Shown here in pieces: positions 51,615-64,000 of a stretch of DNA of 64,000 nt. Position numbers and translations under genes: made by a program. Below the pieces are notes generated by a model. That model was not told where the DNA came from. It made no database searches and was given only the letters and a program-made list of their open reading frames with translations. The DNA is taken from the NCBI GenBank assembly GCA_030390025.1, contig CM059425.1, positions 87,048,001 to 87,112,000 of the forward strand, written 5' to 3'. The stretch is from Squalus acanthias (lineage: Eukaryota). How positions within the stretch are numbered: the first letter of the stretch is position 1; each line of letters begins with the position of its first letter.

Positions 51615-52035
51615 ATTGAGCAGGTTGGGCCTATACTCATTGGAGTTTAGAAGAATGAGAGGGGATCTTATTGAAACATATAAGATTCTGAAGGGGCTTG
51701 ACAGGGTAGATGCAGAGAGGATGTTTCCCCTCGTGGGGGAATCTAGAACTAGGGAGCATAATTTCAGAATAAGGGGAAATGAGGAGGAATTTCTTCTCTC
51801 AGAAGGTTGTGAATCTTTGGAATTCTCTTCCCCAGAGAGCTGTGGAGGCTGGGTCATTGAATATATTTATGGTGGAGAAAGACAGATTTTTGAAAGGTAA
51901 GGGAATCAAGGGTTATGGGGAGCGGGGAGGGAAGTGGAGTTGAGGCCAAGATCAGATCAGCCATGATCTTATTGAATGGCGGAGCAGGCTCGAGGGGCCA
52001 AGTGACCTACTCCTGCGTCTTATGTTCTTATGTTC
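51615..52035 (+). mobile_element. CR1 3' fragment
   Basis: SRLGLYSLEFRRMRGDLIETYKILKGLDRVDAERMFPL. Confidence 0.9.
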
Positions 52036-52194
52036 CCAACTCGATTATTCCAATACTCTTCTTGTTTGTTGCCCATGCTTCAACTCCAAATTGTACAAAA
52101 CTCAGCCTTTGGTGTCCTGTCCTTGCATTAAGTGTCATTCGTCAAATGCTCCCATCCTCAATGATCATCATAGACTTCCTGCCCCTAATATATT

Positions 52195-52966
52195 GGGGCA
52201 GAAATTAGGCTCGCCACGGGTGAGTACGCACTATGTACTCACCCGTGGACAGAACGAAAGTGCCGGTTTCTTGCATGCACTGCGCATGCGCGGGAAACTG
52301 GCACTTCCGTTCCCCTGAAGGAAGGGGTTCAGAGGTCGAACGCGCACGCTGGAGGGCCAGCGTGTTCGCCTCGCACTTCGGGTTTTTTTTTTGGTTTTTT
52401 TACAGGTTCCTCCGTGAGGGTAAGCACGGAGAAGATACACATTGAAAAAGGAGGCGCAAGGCCTTTTTTTTAACAAGGTAAGTGTTGATTTTATTAAAAT
52501 TTAAACATTTTTTTCACAAATTTATCTTTTTTAATTACTTTAAAGAAAAGTTTAGTTTTAGCCCCGTTAAAAAGTGCAATTAATTTTTTTAAAAATTTAA
52601 ATGTGTGTTTAAAATAGTTAAATAATGTAATTTATAGTTATTTTAAAAATGTGATTTTAAAATTTTTTTTTTATAGTTTTAGGGATGTTTTGGGGCCGAT
52701 CTGTATTCATAGATTTGACAGGTCTTCCTGTCAAATCTATGAATGAAAGATGGTCTGCTGCCATTGGCTCTCCATGGCCCACGTGATCCCAGGGGACGCA
52801 TCGCACTAACTACGCCCCTGGGATACGCAAGCACTGCGCGCCGGCAGTTGGAGGAGGCCCAGGAGCCGAATCCCCCGCGGGCCCAGGGGTCAACGGCAGG
52901 CGCGGTAGGTAGGTGCGCGCACGATCCTTGCACCCGCGGGAAGCCAGGGAGCCGAATTTCTGGCCC
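52195..52966. mobile_element. MITE, PIF/Harbinger-like, copy 2
   Basis: TIRs GGGGCAGAAATT / AATTTCTGGCCC with 3-bp ATT duplication; homologous to 25716-26462. Confidence 0.82.
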
Positions 52967-54029
52967 ATTAAATTTAAAATCCTCATCCTCGACCATAAAT
53001 TACTTCACAGCCTTGCCTCGCCCCACCCTCTCTCTGCAACTCCTCCAGCCCTATGACCTGAAACATTAACTTTGTTTCTCTCTCTCCACTGATGCTGCCT
53101 GACCGGAGTATTTCCAGCATTTGCTGTTTTTAAATTATAAAAGTTCAAATTGCTGTTAGGAGCAAGAGGCACTCCCTTGAATTTGTTAAGGCACATTATT
53201 GAGGAACAGTAGAGTTAGGGTCACCATGCATCTATCCCATTCTGTGACTCACTTGGGAGTGTTTGATGGGCAGAGGATTGAGGGAACGTCACCTGGCATC
53301 TATGTACATTTTGCACAGAGTTTGAGGTGAGGTTATCTTAAAGCTGCATATGTTTGTCCAAGTTTAAACCCATGCCAACATGTAGCACCAGAGCAGCTTC
53401 AAAAGGCACGTCTGCATCTGTTGATGGTTTGCAATTGGGTCATAAGGAGGGAGATAAAATGAACAAAACAGGAATCACCCCAGCCATCAAGGACACTTTG
53501 TACAGCAGCACTGACAGCCCAAGTCCGCTGCACATCAGACAAGGCAAGTGGGGGAATAAAGTATATTATCAGACAAATTTTAGAGGGAAGTAAATTTGAA
53601 GCCTGGAAACTTAAGGCCAGTGGGTGCACTCTGTCTCAGCACAATGTCTGATTTTCTGCATCCTTGCCATGGTGGGTTGTTTGCTGCACATTGTCATCAG
53701 TCTTTTCATCACCAATAGTCTATCATTCCCTAGTCATTTATTTCAGTGCTGTTTGTTGGGACCTTGCGGCACACAAATTGGCTGCTGCATTTTCTACATT
53801 ACAACAGTGACTACACTTCAAAAGTACTTACAAGTCTTTTTTCCTTTTTTTTTTTAAATTCTCTTCCCAGTATCAACCCCTATTCCCTGCTTTGGCAATA
53901 ACCGTAGGCCCATCTATTATAAATAATTAACTGTTCATTAAATTATTACTCTGTAAATTAGATACAAAAGGGAGAAGAAAATGTGATTCCTGAAGCAAGT
54001 TTCTCAGATGGATATCCCATGTAAGTAAA

Positions 54030-54820
54030 CAAAGACTTGCATTTCTATAGTGCCTTTCACGATCTCTGGAAGTACCAAAGCACTTTTTTGAAGTGTAGTC
54101 ACTGTTGTAATGCTGGAAACGCAGCAACCAATTTCCACACAGCAAGCTCCCACAAACAGCAATCTGATAATGACCAAATAATCTGTTTTTAAGCGATGTT
54201 GGTTGAGGGTTTTAAAATTTATTCACAGGATATGGGCGTTGCCAGCAAGGCCAGCATTTATTGCCTATCCCTAATTTCCCTCAAGAAGGTGGTGCCTTCT
54301 TGAATACAACTGAGTGGCTTGCTAGGCCATTTCAGAGGGCAGTTAAGTGTCAACCACATTGCTGTGGGTCTGGAGTCACATATAGGCCAGACCGGGTAAG
54401 GATGGCAGATTTCCATTAGTGGGTTATTAGTTTCACTAGCTTTTTATTCCAGATTTATTTAATTAAATTTAAATTCCCCAGCTGCCATGTTGGGATTTGA
54501 ACTCATGTCTCCGGATCGTTAGTCCAGTCCAGGATTACTAGTCCCGTAAAATAACCACTATGCTACCGTACCCCCTATTAGCCAGGGCACTGGGGAAACT
54601 CCCCAGCTCTTCAAATTGTCCCGTGGGATCTTTTATGCCCGTCTGAGAGGGAAGACAGGACCTCGGTTTAAATTCTGATCTGAAATGTGGCACCTCCGAC
54701 CCAGCCGCACTCCCTCAGTACTGCACTGGAGTGTCAGCCTGGATTATGTGCTGAAGGCTCTGGAGTGGTACTTGAACCCATGACCTTCTGACTCAGAGGT
54801 GAAAGTGTTACCACTGACAC
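54030..54820 (-). mobile_element. Deu-domain SINE interrupted by a second SINE (54210-54575)
   Basis: Deu body breaks at ggttgaggg and resumes at tattagccaggg. Confidence 0.85.
54210..54575 (-). mobile_element. tRNA-headed bipartite SINE (5' head plus 3' tail of the 29870-31995 LINE family)
   Basis: A box TAGCATAGTGG (54565-54555) and B box GAGTTCAAATCC (54504-54493); 54305-54575 aligns to 31680-31995 and 54215-54304 aligns to 29872-29970. Confidence 0.85.
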
Positions 54821-55404
54821 CTAGCATTAGCATTCCACCAAGTAACAGCATATCTGAGAGCATCTGTGTGTAATCAATGTTCAATTTGAATTCCTGCATC
54901 CTCTGAAAAACAAATCTCTTAAAGCATGCTCCTAATGCAGCAACTAGTCTTTCTGTACTCAGCAGCTTACTGAGGGAAGAATTATGTAGTGATTTAATAC
55001 ACGAGAACATACAGGATATTGAGAGTCTGCTGGATCTATAAATCTAGTTGAACAGTAGCCGTTACAGAAATTTTCTGTCATCTCCATCAGAGAGAGCTGC
55101 TACGATGATTTGGCTGAGTCTGTAAGGAAAATGACTTCACGATAATCTCCCTGCGTCACTGCAGTTTTTAGATTTAGATCTGCTTCTGGTCTTGTGTAGG
55201 CCCATTGGAGGCTAACTGGGTGCAGGGAGACCGGTTCCTCTCCACGCATGCATTGAGTGTCCTGAACTCGCCACATGATTTTTGCTTCACCAATGCACGT
55301 GGTCGACCTAGGAACGGACGCAGCGTGCAAATGTACAGAGCAGGCTCAGCACGTTTAGTGGGACAGAGAAAGAGGAAGGCGTCCTGATGTCAAGTTGTAT
55401 AAAC

Positions 55405-57622
55405 GTGCATTTATATCGCACCCTTCACAACCTCAGGATGTCCCAAAGCGCTTTACAGCCAAAGAAGTACTTTCGAAGTGTTGTCACTGTTGTAATGTAG
55501 GAAACGAGGCAGATAATTTGCGCACAGCAAGATTCCACAAACAGCAATGCGATAATGACCAGATAATCTGTTTTAGTGATGTTGGTTGAGGGATAAATAT
55601 TGAACAGGACACTGGGGAGAACTCCCCTGCACTTCTTCGAATAGTCCTATGGGATCTTTGCATCTACCTAAGAGAGCAGATGGGGCTTCGGTTTATCGAC
55701 TCATCTGAAATACAGCACCTCCCACAATGCAGCACTGAGTGTGTCAGCCTAGATTTTATCCTCAAGTCTCTGGGGTGCGATTTGAACCCACAATCTTCTG
55801 ACTCAGAGGCGAGAGTGCTACCAACTGAGCCATGGCTGACATCTTCGGTCAGGCGATATACATTTAGCAGTACAGTGGACAGCGTGACACTCGCACTTCT
55901 GCAACCGACTGCACGGCATCAAGGTAAGAGTGTCTAGAATGAACTGGCGAGTGATTCAGTGGGTAAATGCACCACCCAAGCCAGGTGTTGAGCCACACAG
56001 GCTGAGGAAGCCCCTGGTTCAGTCCCTGGTCTGTGTTTTGGTAGCTAATCTCAGATATGCCATGTGAGCCATAATTGGCCTGTTTCACAGCTTTGGGATG
56101 GGGTGGGGGGGGGGGGGCAGTGGGATCCTATTCCTGATCAGCATTGCTAGAAAATGCACACACATGATTTGAGCCCATGAATACAGGTGAAGAATTTACT
56201 GTACAAATATTGTAGAAGCCCTACAACCCTCAGATCTCTGCATTCCTTTAATTCTGGCCTCTTGCGCATCACCGATTTCCTTTGCTCCCCAATTGACGGC
56301 CGTTCCTTCAGATACCTAGGCCCTAAGCTCTGGAATTCCCTCCCTAAACCTCTCTGCCTTGCCTCGCCTCCTTTACATCACTCTTTAAAATCTAACTCTT
56401 TGACCAAGCTTTCGGATACCTGTACCAACATCTCTATGTGGCTCAGTGTCAAATTTTGTCTGATAATGCACCTGTGAAGCACCTTGGGATGTTTTACTAC
56501 GTTAAAGGTGCTTTATAAATGCAAGTTGTTAATGTTAAACAGACGTTTGCACAACAGGGTAGCTGAGTGGACTAGCAGCCCAGAGCTCAAGTGTTCAAAT
56601 GCCACGATGGCAAATTGTAAAATTGATTAATTTAATAAATGCGGTAACTTGCAGACAAGAACTTGCATTTATAGTGTGCTTTTAATGTAGAAAAACATCC
56701 CAAGGCCGCTCTCAGAGGCAATCATCAAAAAAAGGATGCTGAGCCAAAGGAGATATTAAGAGGGATTAGCAACATAAACTGACCAAAATGACCATGAAAG
56801 TTGAAAATAGTCATTAAAAACCCAAGTGGCTCACTAAAGTCCTTCAGGGAAGGGAACCTGTCACCCTTACTCGGTCTGGTGACAACAGTTCCACACAACA
56901 TGCTGAATCTCGATGTCCTCAGGGCAACTAGTGATGGCAATAAATACGGCCTTACCAGTGTCAGCCACATCCCAAGAACAAATAAAATAACAAGAACATT
57001 CGTCATGTAGTTTTCTTTGACTTGATAGCTACCCACAAGTAGTACAAATGAAATCAGGAGTTCATTGCTTGGAGAATCATTGGCACAGACCTGCATCCCT
57101 TTACTCTATGTGCAACATCCTTCAAAGTCTCACGCCAAGCAAGACACTGATTGGGATTGCTGAAAACAAAGGAAAGAACCTGCATTCATATAGCGCCTTT
57201 CACGACCTCAGGATGTCCCAAAGCGCTTTACAGCCAATGAAGTACTTTTAAAGTGGAGTCACTGTTGTAATGTAGGAAACGCGCAGCCAATTTGCGCACA
57301 GCAAGCTCCCTCAAACAGCAATGTGATAATGACCAGATAATCTGTTTCAGTGATGTTGGTTGAGGGATAAATAATGGCCGGGACACCAGAGAGAACTCTC
57401 CTGCTCTTCTTCAAAATAGTGCCGTGGGATCTTTTACATCCAACAGAGAGTGTAGACTGGGCCTCAGTTCAACCTCTTAGCCGAAAGCGCCAACAGTGCA
57501 GCACTCCCTCAGTACTGCACTGGAGTGTTAGCCTGGATTATGTGCTCAAGTCTCTGGAGTGGAACCTGAACCCACGACCTTCTGACTCAGAGGCGAAATG
57601 GCTACCACTGAGCCACGGCTGA
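55405..57622. mobile_element. Deu SINEs (55405-55841 and 57172-57622, minus), an older SINE head (55945-56190), an L2 end (56220-56530) and a diverged bipartite SINE (56555-56990, +)
   Basis: Similarity to copies elsewhere in the window. Confidence 0.75.
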
Positions 57623-58299
57623 AGTTAGCGATTGCCACTGCTCTAAGGAAGTAACTAACTATTGGGATGAACAATCAGTGAAGATCTGCAAGTCGCAGTC
57701 TGTCTGTAAAAACAAGCCTTTCTGTATAATGATACAACTTTACGATGATAGGACTATGATGAATCAAATGATTTACTTTTCACTGCGTAATTTGGATTTG
57801 ATCTCAAAAATCAAAACGCTGTTCTTTTGGGATGCTGTGAGATTTTCCATTGGCCGAGGGAATGCTGCTGTCACATTAATATTACAAATTTATGTCCACA
57901 ATAAATCCCGCGTTAAATAATTAATCCCACTGTCCAGTGAGTATAATAAGCTGTAGCTGTTGAACATAAATATTTCATGTAATTATTTTGATACGGTTAG
58001 ACTTCAATAAACCATAGTGTGTGAAGTCATAGCAAACAGTTGAGCTCCAACAGCCAGAGCCAGGGGAGGTTGGAACCAACACGAGTTCTATACCAAGTCC
58101 ACTCAATTGCCAGTCTGAGACTTGCCAACTGATGAGGTACCAATCAGAGCCTGCCAGGGTAGGGCTGGGGCAGGAAGAGAAAATCAGTACACAAATCAGA
58201 GAGATGAGTGTCAGGTGGACTACTGACTACAGGGACACTGGTAGTGTGGAATCAGGCCATCGACCCTCCCTCTCAGCATTGGGCAGGTCTTGCCCGAAG

Positions 58300-59425
58300 A
58301 ACATAGGAACACAGGAACAGGAGTAGGCCATTCAGCCCCTCGAACCTGTTCCGCCATTCGATGAGATCATGGCTGATCTGCGACCTAACTCCATATCCTT
58401 TGGCCCATGTCCCTTAATACCGTTGGTTAACAAAAAGCTATCAATCTCGGATTTAAAATTAACAATTGATCTAGCATCAATTGCCATTTGAGGAAGAGTT
58501 CCAAATTTCTACCACCCTTTGTGTGTAGAAGTGTTTCCTAATTTCACTCCTGAAAGGTCTGGCTCTAATTTTTAGACTATGCCCCCTAGTCCTAGAATCC
58601 CCAACCAGTGGAAATAATTTCTCTCTATCTACCCTATCTGCTCCCCTTAATATCCTGAAAACTTCGATCAGATTGTCACTTAACCTTCTAAATTCTAGGG
58701 AATACAACCCTAATTTGTGTAATCTCTCCTCGTAATTTAACCCTTGAAGTCCGGGTATCATTCTGGTAAATCTATGCTGCACTCCCTCCAAGGCCAATAT
58801 ATCCTTCCTAAGGTGTGGTGCCCAGAACTGCTCACAGTACTCCAGGTGTGGTCTAACCAGGGTTTTGTACAGCTGCAGCATAACTTCTACCCCCTTGTAT
58901 TCTACTTCTCTAGATATAAAGGCCAGTATTCCATTAGCCTTTTTGATTATTTTCTGTACCTGTTCAAGGCATGTTAATGATCTATGTACCTGAACCCTCA
59001 AGTCTCTTTGGACCTCCACTGCTTTTAGCTTTTCACCATTTAGAAAGTACCCTGTTCTATCCATTTTAGGTCCAAAGTGGATGACCTCACATTGAAATCC
59101 ATTTGCCACAGTTTTTCCCATTCACTTAATCTGTCGACATCTCTAATTTTTTTGCTTTCATCTACACTGCCTACAATGCCGCCTATCTTTGTTTCATTGG
59201 CACATTTGGATATATGACTTTCTATGCCATCATCTAAGTCGTTAATAAATAGTGAATAGTTAAGGCCCCAACACAAATCCCTGCGTGTGGGACACCACTA
59301 GTCACATCCTGCCAATTTGAGTACCTGCCCATTATCCCTACTGCCTGTTTCCTGCGCTCAGCCAATTTCCTAACCAGGTCAATAATTTGCCCTCAACTCC
59401 GTGGGCTTCTACCTTAGATAACAGG
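58300..59425 (-). mobile_element. CR1 LINE RT C-terminal fragment
   Basis: 214-aa piece with RPHLEYCEQFWAPHLRKDILALEGVQHRFTRMIPG. Confidence 0.92.
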
Positions 59426-59429
59426 ATAA

Positions 59430-59830
59430 CTAGAAAAGAGAAGGCTGAGGGGGTGACCTGATAGAGGTCTTTAAAATTATGAAGGGGTTTGATAGGGTAG
59501 ACGTAGAGAAGATGATTCCACTTGTGGGGGAGACCAAAACTAGGGGTCAGAAATATAAGATAGTCACTAATAAACTCAATAAGGAATTCAAGAGAAACTT
59601 CTTTATTCCGAGAGTGGTTTGAATGTGGAACTCGCTACTCCATGGAGGAGTTGAGGTGAATAGTAGTGATGCATTTAAAGGGATGCTAGATAAGTACATG
59701 AGGGAGAATGGAACAGAAGGATATGTTGACAGGGTTAGATGAAGAAGGGTGGGAGGAGGCTCATGTGGAGCATAAACACCGCATGGACCTGTTTGGCCAA
59801 ATGGCCTGTTCCTATTCTGTAAATTTTATG
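59430..59830 (+). mobile_element. CR1-family 3' fragment (third subfamily)
   Basis: agaaggctgagggggtgacctgatagaggtc...atgtggaactcgcta...ggagcataaacacc tail. Confidence 0.8.
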
Positions 59831-60567
59831 CACTGTAATTCTATATAACTTACAAGGTGATAATTGTATTGACAAGTATAAAAATGTTTAGTAAATTGTA
59901 CTTGTTTTTGAAGTAGATTTTTGGGGCTGGAGAATCCCATTGCAAAGGTGGAAATAGCTAGGGAGGGAGGGGTGGGGGAGAATGTCCTTGAATCCTTTCA
60001 ATTCCCACATATTGCAAAGATTAGCGGCACTTACAAAATCAATTCTGGATAAGACTATATTGGATCTGGTGGCCATTTGTTTTTGTGTACATATTGAAGT
60101 GAAGAAAACCATCGTGCAAGTTTATTAAAATTTGTCAGCAATGAGTCTTTGTGTGTGCAACATCTCTTTTCTAAACTAGATAAAATGACAAAAAAGGACT
60201 GAAGCACATCATCTAGGCGGACACTCCCAGTGCAGCACTGAGGGAGTGTTGCACTGTCGGAGGTGCCGTCTTTTGGTGCCTGCCCTCTCAAATGGGCGTA
60301 AAAGATCCTAAGGTACTATTTCGAAGAGCAGGGTAGAGATATGCCCATTTGAACTCCAGAAACAGACAGCCCACTGGATAAACAGCAATTGTAGAGGACA
60401 AAGGAAGTGTGCAAGATCATTCAGTAACAGAGATTGATTACAGAGCCGAGGTGGGTAAAGCAGCTTCAGAAACGGAAAGGCAGTCAATAAAAGCTGGCAC
60501 CCAATGCCCAACAGTGACCACTTCAAGTCCGACCCTCCCCCCTGCCCCCAGATGTTGAGCTGCTGAC

Positions 60568-61299
60568 TGTAGCTGTGTTATAGTGGGAAGCACTGGCTCT
60601 CCTCACTGAAGAAGGGAAATCAAAAGGTAGAGTTATCAGTTGCCAAGGCTTAGGAGCTCCAGAAGGATTTTGGACTTTTCAATATGGATTTTTAATACAG
60701 TTTTAAGGAAAACTAAAAAGGATGGATTAGTTACAAAAAGAGCAGAATTTAGTTAAAAGTATTAACAAAGGATAGAACAGAAAACTATTAAGCTTAACTG
60801 TTCAACACGGTATGCTGGGAAGCTTGACCAAGTTTGAAAGGTATTATTGCTTCAGACTGTTGAAGGCTAACTGAGACTTGATGTACTTTCGCAGAGATAA
60901 GGACCAGGTTAAAGATAAGACAGCTGCCTAGCCAGGCATTGAAAGACTGTGGAAATCTGTCATACATGTTAACAAACTGCTTTTGCATCAGCCAGAAAGG
61001 AAAATTACTGGCGGCCTGTATTGTCAGCAGCAGAAGGAATAAAATCAGATATTTTCCAGTCAACCAGGAGCATGGACCAAGAAGGACGTCAACAGATAAT
61101 TAACCTCTCAGTCTCCCGAAGCAGAAGAATTTGACCATTGAGTTGAGAGTCGCATTACTGACTACGGGTGTAAGTATCTCTATCTGTAAAACTGTTGTGT
61201 TTTAATGTCAATAAAACCAATTGTTAGAAAAGTTTCAGCTTTGATTGACTCTTATCTCTGGATTACTCTAAAGCAGTAAAGAGAGTGAAAAGCCCTACG
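60568..61299 (+). mobile_element. Possible degenerate solo LTR, ~730 bp
   Basis: Termini TGTAG...CCCTACG; AATAAA at 61210-61215; no clear TSD. Confidence 0.3.
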
Positions 61300-61371
61300 C
61301 TAGGATGAAAATAGGTATACATAACCTTGGATAGTGAGAGGGAAAAAAAGTCAACAATTCTACAGAAGACA

Positions 61372-61788
61372 ATAGGAACAGGAGGAGGCCATTCGGCCCC
61401 TCGAGCCTGTCCCGCCATTCAATCAGATCAGGGCTGATCTGTATCTTAACTCCATCTACCCGCCTTGCTCCCGTAACCCTCACCTATCAAAAATCTATCA
61501 TTCTCAGCTTTGAAATTTTCAATTGACCCCCCAGCCTCAATAGCTTTTTGGGGGAGAGAGTTCCAGATTTCCACTACCTTTTGTGTGAAGAAGTGCTTCC
61601 TGACATCACTCCCGAAAGGCCTGGCTCTAATTTTAAGGTTGTGCCCCCACCAGAGGAAATAGTTTCTCTCCATCGACCCTATCATCTCCTTTAACAATCT
61701 TAAACACTTCAATTAGATCACCCCTTAATTATCTATATTCAAGGGAATACAAGCCTAGTCTATGCAACCTGTGCTCATAACTTAACCC
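61372..61788 (-). mobile_element. CR1 3' fragment abutting the EXD2 splice donor
   Basis: RKHFFTQKVVEIWNSLP and tail. Confidence 0.88.
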
Positions 61789-61797
61789 ATCACTAAC

Positions 61798-62054
61798 CTC
61801 TGGCGCATGACCAAGTATCTCACGTCCAAGCAGCCCCTGACTGCGATGCAGTAATCTCGGAACAACTTGCAGCCATCCTCGAAGGCCTCTACGCCAACTT
61901 TCAGAACACTAGCATTCCCCAGCAAGTCGAGTAAAGTCTTCGGCAACAACCGACCATCCCTGGTCATCTGGGGCATGCGGACAAGAAGGCAGAGGCCGCT
62001 GTAAGAGGCGACCTGAAGGAGAGACACAGGGTTTGGCTTTCCCTTCACAGAAAT
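61798..62054 (-). CDS. EXD2: EXD2 coding exon (first in window), DEDDy 3'-5' exonuclease domain: ISVKGKPNPVSLLQVASYSGLCLLVRMP...KVGVEAFEDGCKLFRDY...CLDVRYLVMRQR
   Basis: Acceptor ttttcag|ATT and donor CAGAG|gttagt; 257 nt. Peptide matches recalled vertebrate EXD2 (SLLQMASPSGLCVLVRLP...GCLDLRYLAMRQR). Confidence 0.96.
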
Positions 62055-62249
62055 CTGAAAAATATTTTAGAGACAGAGAAACAGAAAAAAATGTAAACAT
62101 TTCCAGGGTAAAACTAAAAGTTAAAAACAACCAGGGAAGAAAATACAGTTTAAAAAAAGAATCCACTAAACTCAGTCTGGGTTTCAACTCTTCGAGAGTA
62201 TCATGAGATGCCTTAACAGTCATCACAGAATGCTTCATATGCCCAATTT

Positions 62250-64000
62250 ATCACAACAACTTGCATTTATATAGCATCTTTAATGTAGTAAAACGTCCGA
62301 AGGCGCTTCACAGGAGCGTTATCAGACAAAATTTGACACCGAGACACATAAGGAGATATTAGGACAGGTGACCAAAAGCTTGGTTGAAGAGGAGTTAAAA
62401 GAGTTAAACTTAAGAGTGTTATGGTCACATTACAGGAGAGATGTGATTGCACTAGAGAGGGTACAGAGGAGATTTACGAGGATGTTGCCAGGACTGGAGA
62501 ATTTTAGCTATGAGGAAAGATTGGATAGGCTGGGTTATCTCTTCTAGACTCATCTTTTGTTTCTTTATTTGTCTCCTTTCGCCTTATACCATAATTCCTT
62601 TTGTCATTTAATCTCTCCTGCCTTCCACCCCATCACAGACCTTCCTTTTTATTCTTTCCTCTCCTCCCCTTTCCCTGCCTCTGTACTTGCTTAAAACCTG
62701 TTATATCTCGACCTGAAACGTTAACGCTGTTTCAACTCTCCACAGATGCTGTCTGACCTGCAGAGTTTTTCCAGCATTTTCTGTTTTTATTTGAGAGGCT
62801 GGGGTTGTTTTCTTTGGAACAAAGGAGGCTGAGGGGAGATTTAATTGAGGCGTATAAAATTATGAGGGGCCTAGATAGAGTGGATAGGAATAACCTATTT
62901 CCCTTCGCAGAGGTGTAAAAAAAAAAGTGTTGATGCTTTAATATTTAAAGATCAGAAGATGCAAATCTAAGATAATCGGCAAAAAATCCAAGGGGTGGGG
63001 GGGAGAACTACATACAGCGAGTTGTTGTGATCTGGAATGCACTGCCAGACAGGGTGGTGATAGCAGATTCAATAATAACTTTCAAAAGGGAAGTGAATAT
63101 ATATTTGAAAAGGAAAAATTTGCATGGCTGCGGGGAAAGAGCAGGGGAGTGGAAATAATTAGGCAGATATTTCAAAGAGCCGGCACAGCACGATGGGCCA
63201 AATGGTCTCCTTCTGTACTGTATGATTCTACATTTAATAACCGGGGGCATAGATTTAAAGTAATTGGTAGAAGGATTAGAGGAGTTGAGGAGAAATGTTT
63301 TCACTCAGACAGTAGCAGGGGTCTGGAATTTGCTGCCTGAAAAGGTGGTAGAGGCAGAAACCCTCATTGCATTTAAAAAGTATTTGGATATGCACATGAA
63401 GTGCCGCAACCTACAAGGCTACGGACCAGGAACTGGAAAATGGGATTAGGCTGGACAGCTCTTTATTGGCTGGGACAGACGCGTTGGGCAGAACTGCCTC
63501 CTTCTGTGCCGTAAATTTCTATGATTCTATTGGTGGAGGCGCGTAGGGAGGGAATTCTAGAGCTTAGGGCCCAGGCAGCTGAAGGCACGGCCGGCAATGG
63601 TGGAGCAAAGGAAATCGGGGATGCGCAAGAGGCCAGAATTGGAGGAGCGCAGAGATCTCAGAGGGTTGTAGGGCTGGAGGAGGTTACAGAGAGGCCAGGG
63701 AGGGATTTGAACATCAGGATGAGAATTAGAAGGTCGAAGTGTTGGTGGACCGAGAGCCAATGTAGGTCAGGGAGCATAGGGTTGATGGGTGAACAGGACT
63801 TGGTGCGAGTTAGAATACAGGCAGCAGAGTTCTGGATGAGCTGAAGTTTACAGAGTGGGGGGGGGGGGGGGGGAGGTGGGAGGCCGGCCAAGAGAACATT
63901 GAAACAGTCGCTTCTCGGGGTAACAAAAGACATGGATGAGGGTTTTTGCAGCAGATGAGCTGAGACAGGCGATGTTACAGAAGTGGAAGTCGGCGACCTT
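62250..64000. mobile_element. Mosaic of L2 (62255-62390 and 63535-64000, minus), CR1-family 3' ends and a Penelope-type end (62560-62792)
   Basis: LQLIQNSAACILTRTK...LHWL (L2); VWNLLP/IWNALP pieces (CR1). Confidence 0.8.

Larger units (their letters stand above)
48690..53052 (+). mobile_element. Old L2 fragment broken by four younger insertions
   Basis: Collinear L2 pieces at ~48690-49065, 49520-49726, 51454-51615, 52035-52194 and 52967-53052. Confidence 0.7.

Noticed and set aside
62560-62792. Hammerhead ribozyme in Penelope-type ends (also 8345-8458 and 53055-53131)
   Set aside because: Only the 3' half (gacctGAAACgttaac) is present. The CTGANGA core is missing in all copies, so no intact ribozyme can be claimed.

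Overview
Eukaryotic (vertebrate) genomic DNA, most likely a shark or other cartilaginous fish, inferred from the repeat complement. It is not a prokaryotic or viral locus. The only recognisable protein-coding gene is EXD2 (exonuclease 3'-5' domain-containing 2) on the minus strand. I traced seven GT-AG coding exons by hand: 62054-61798, 42879-42753, 41109-40781, 35576-35470, 32785-32650, 28682-28326 and 24715-24499. They total 1530 nt (509 codons plus stop) with continuous reading phase. The 5' coding exon(s) lie beyond position 64000. Most of the rest is transposable-element debris: CR1 and L2 LINE fragments, about 20 tRNA-headed Deu-domain SINEs, a third LINE family, a 1.7 kb solo LTR, several MITEs, Penelope-type ends and a minisatellite. 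Nearly all short ORFs in the supplied track are LINE/SINE by-products. The most unusual observations are: (1) a LINE whose 5' end is a tRNA-like Pol III head running into the endonuclease with no room for ORF1, plus a short head+tail derivative of it in the same window; (2) four short local duplications that share junctions; (3) hairpin-rich MITEs and a 59-bp-arm intronic hairpin; (4) a speculative promoter and micro-exon chain downstream of EXD2. Repeat boundaries were judged by eye and are approximate; no database search was run.
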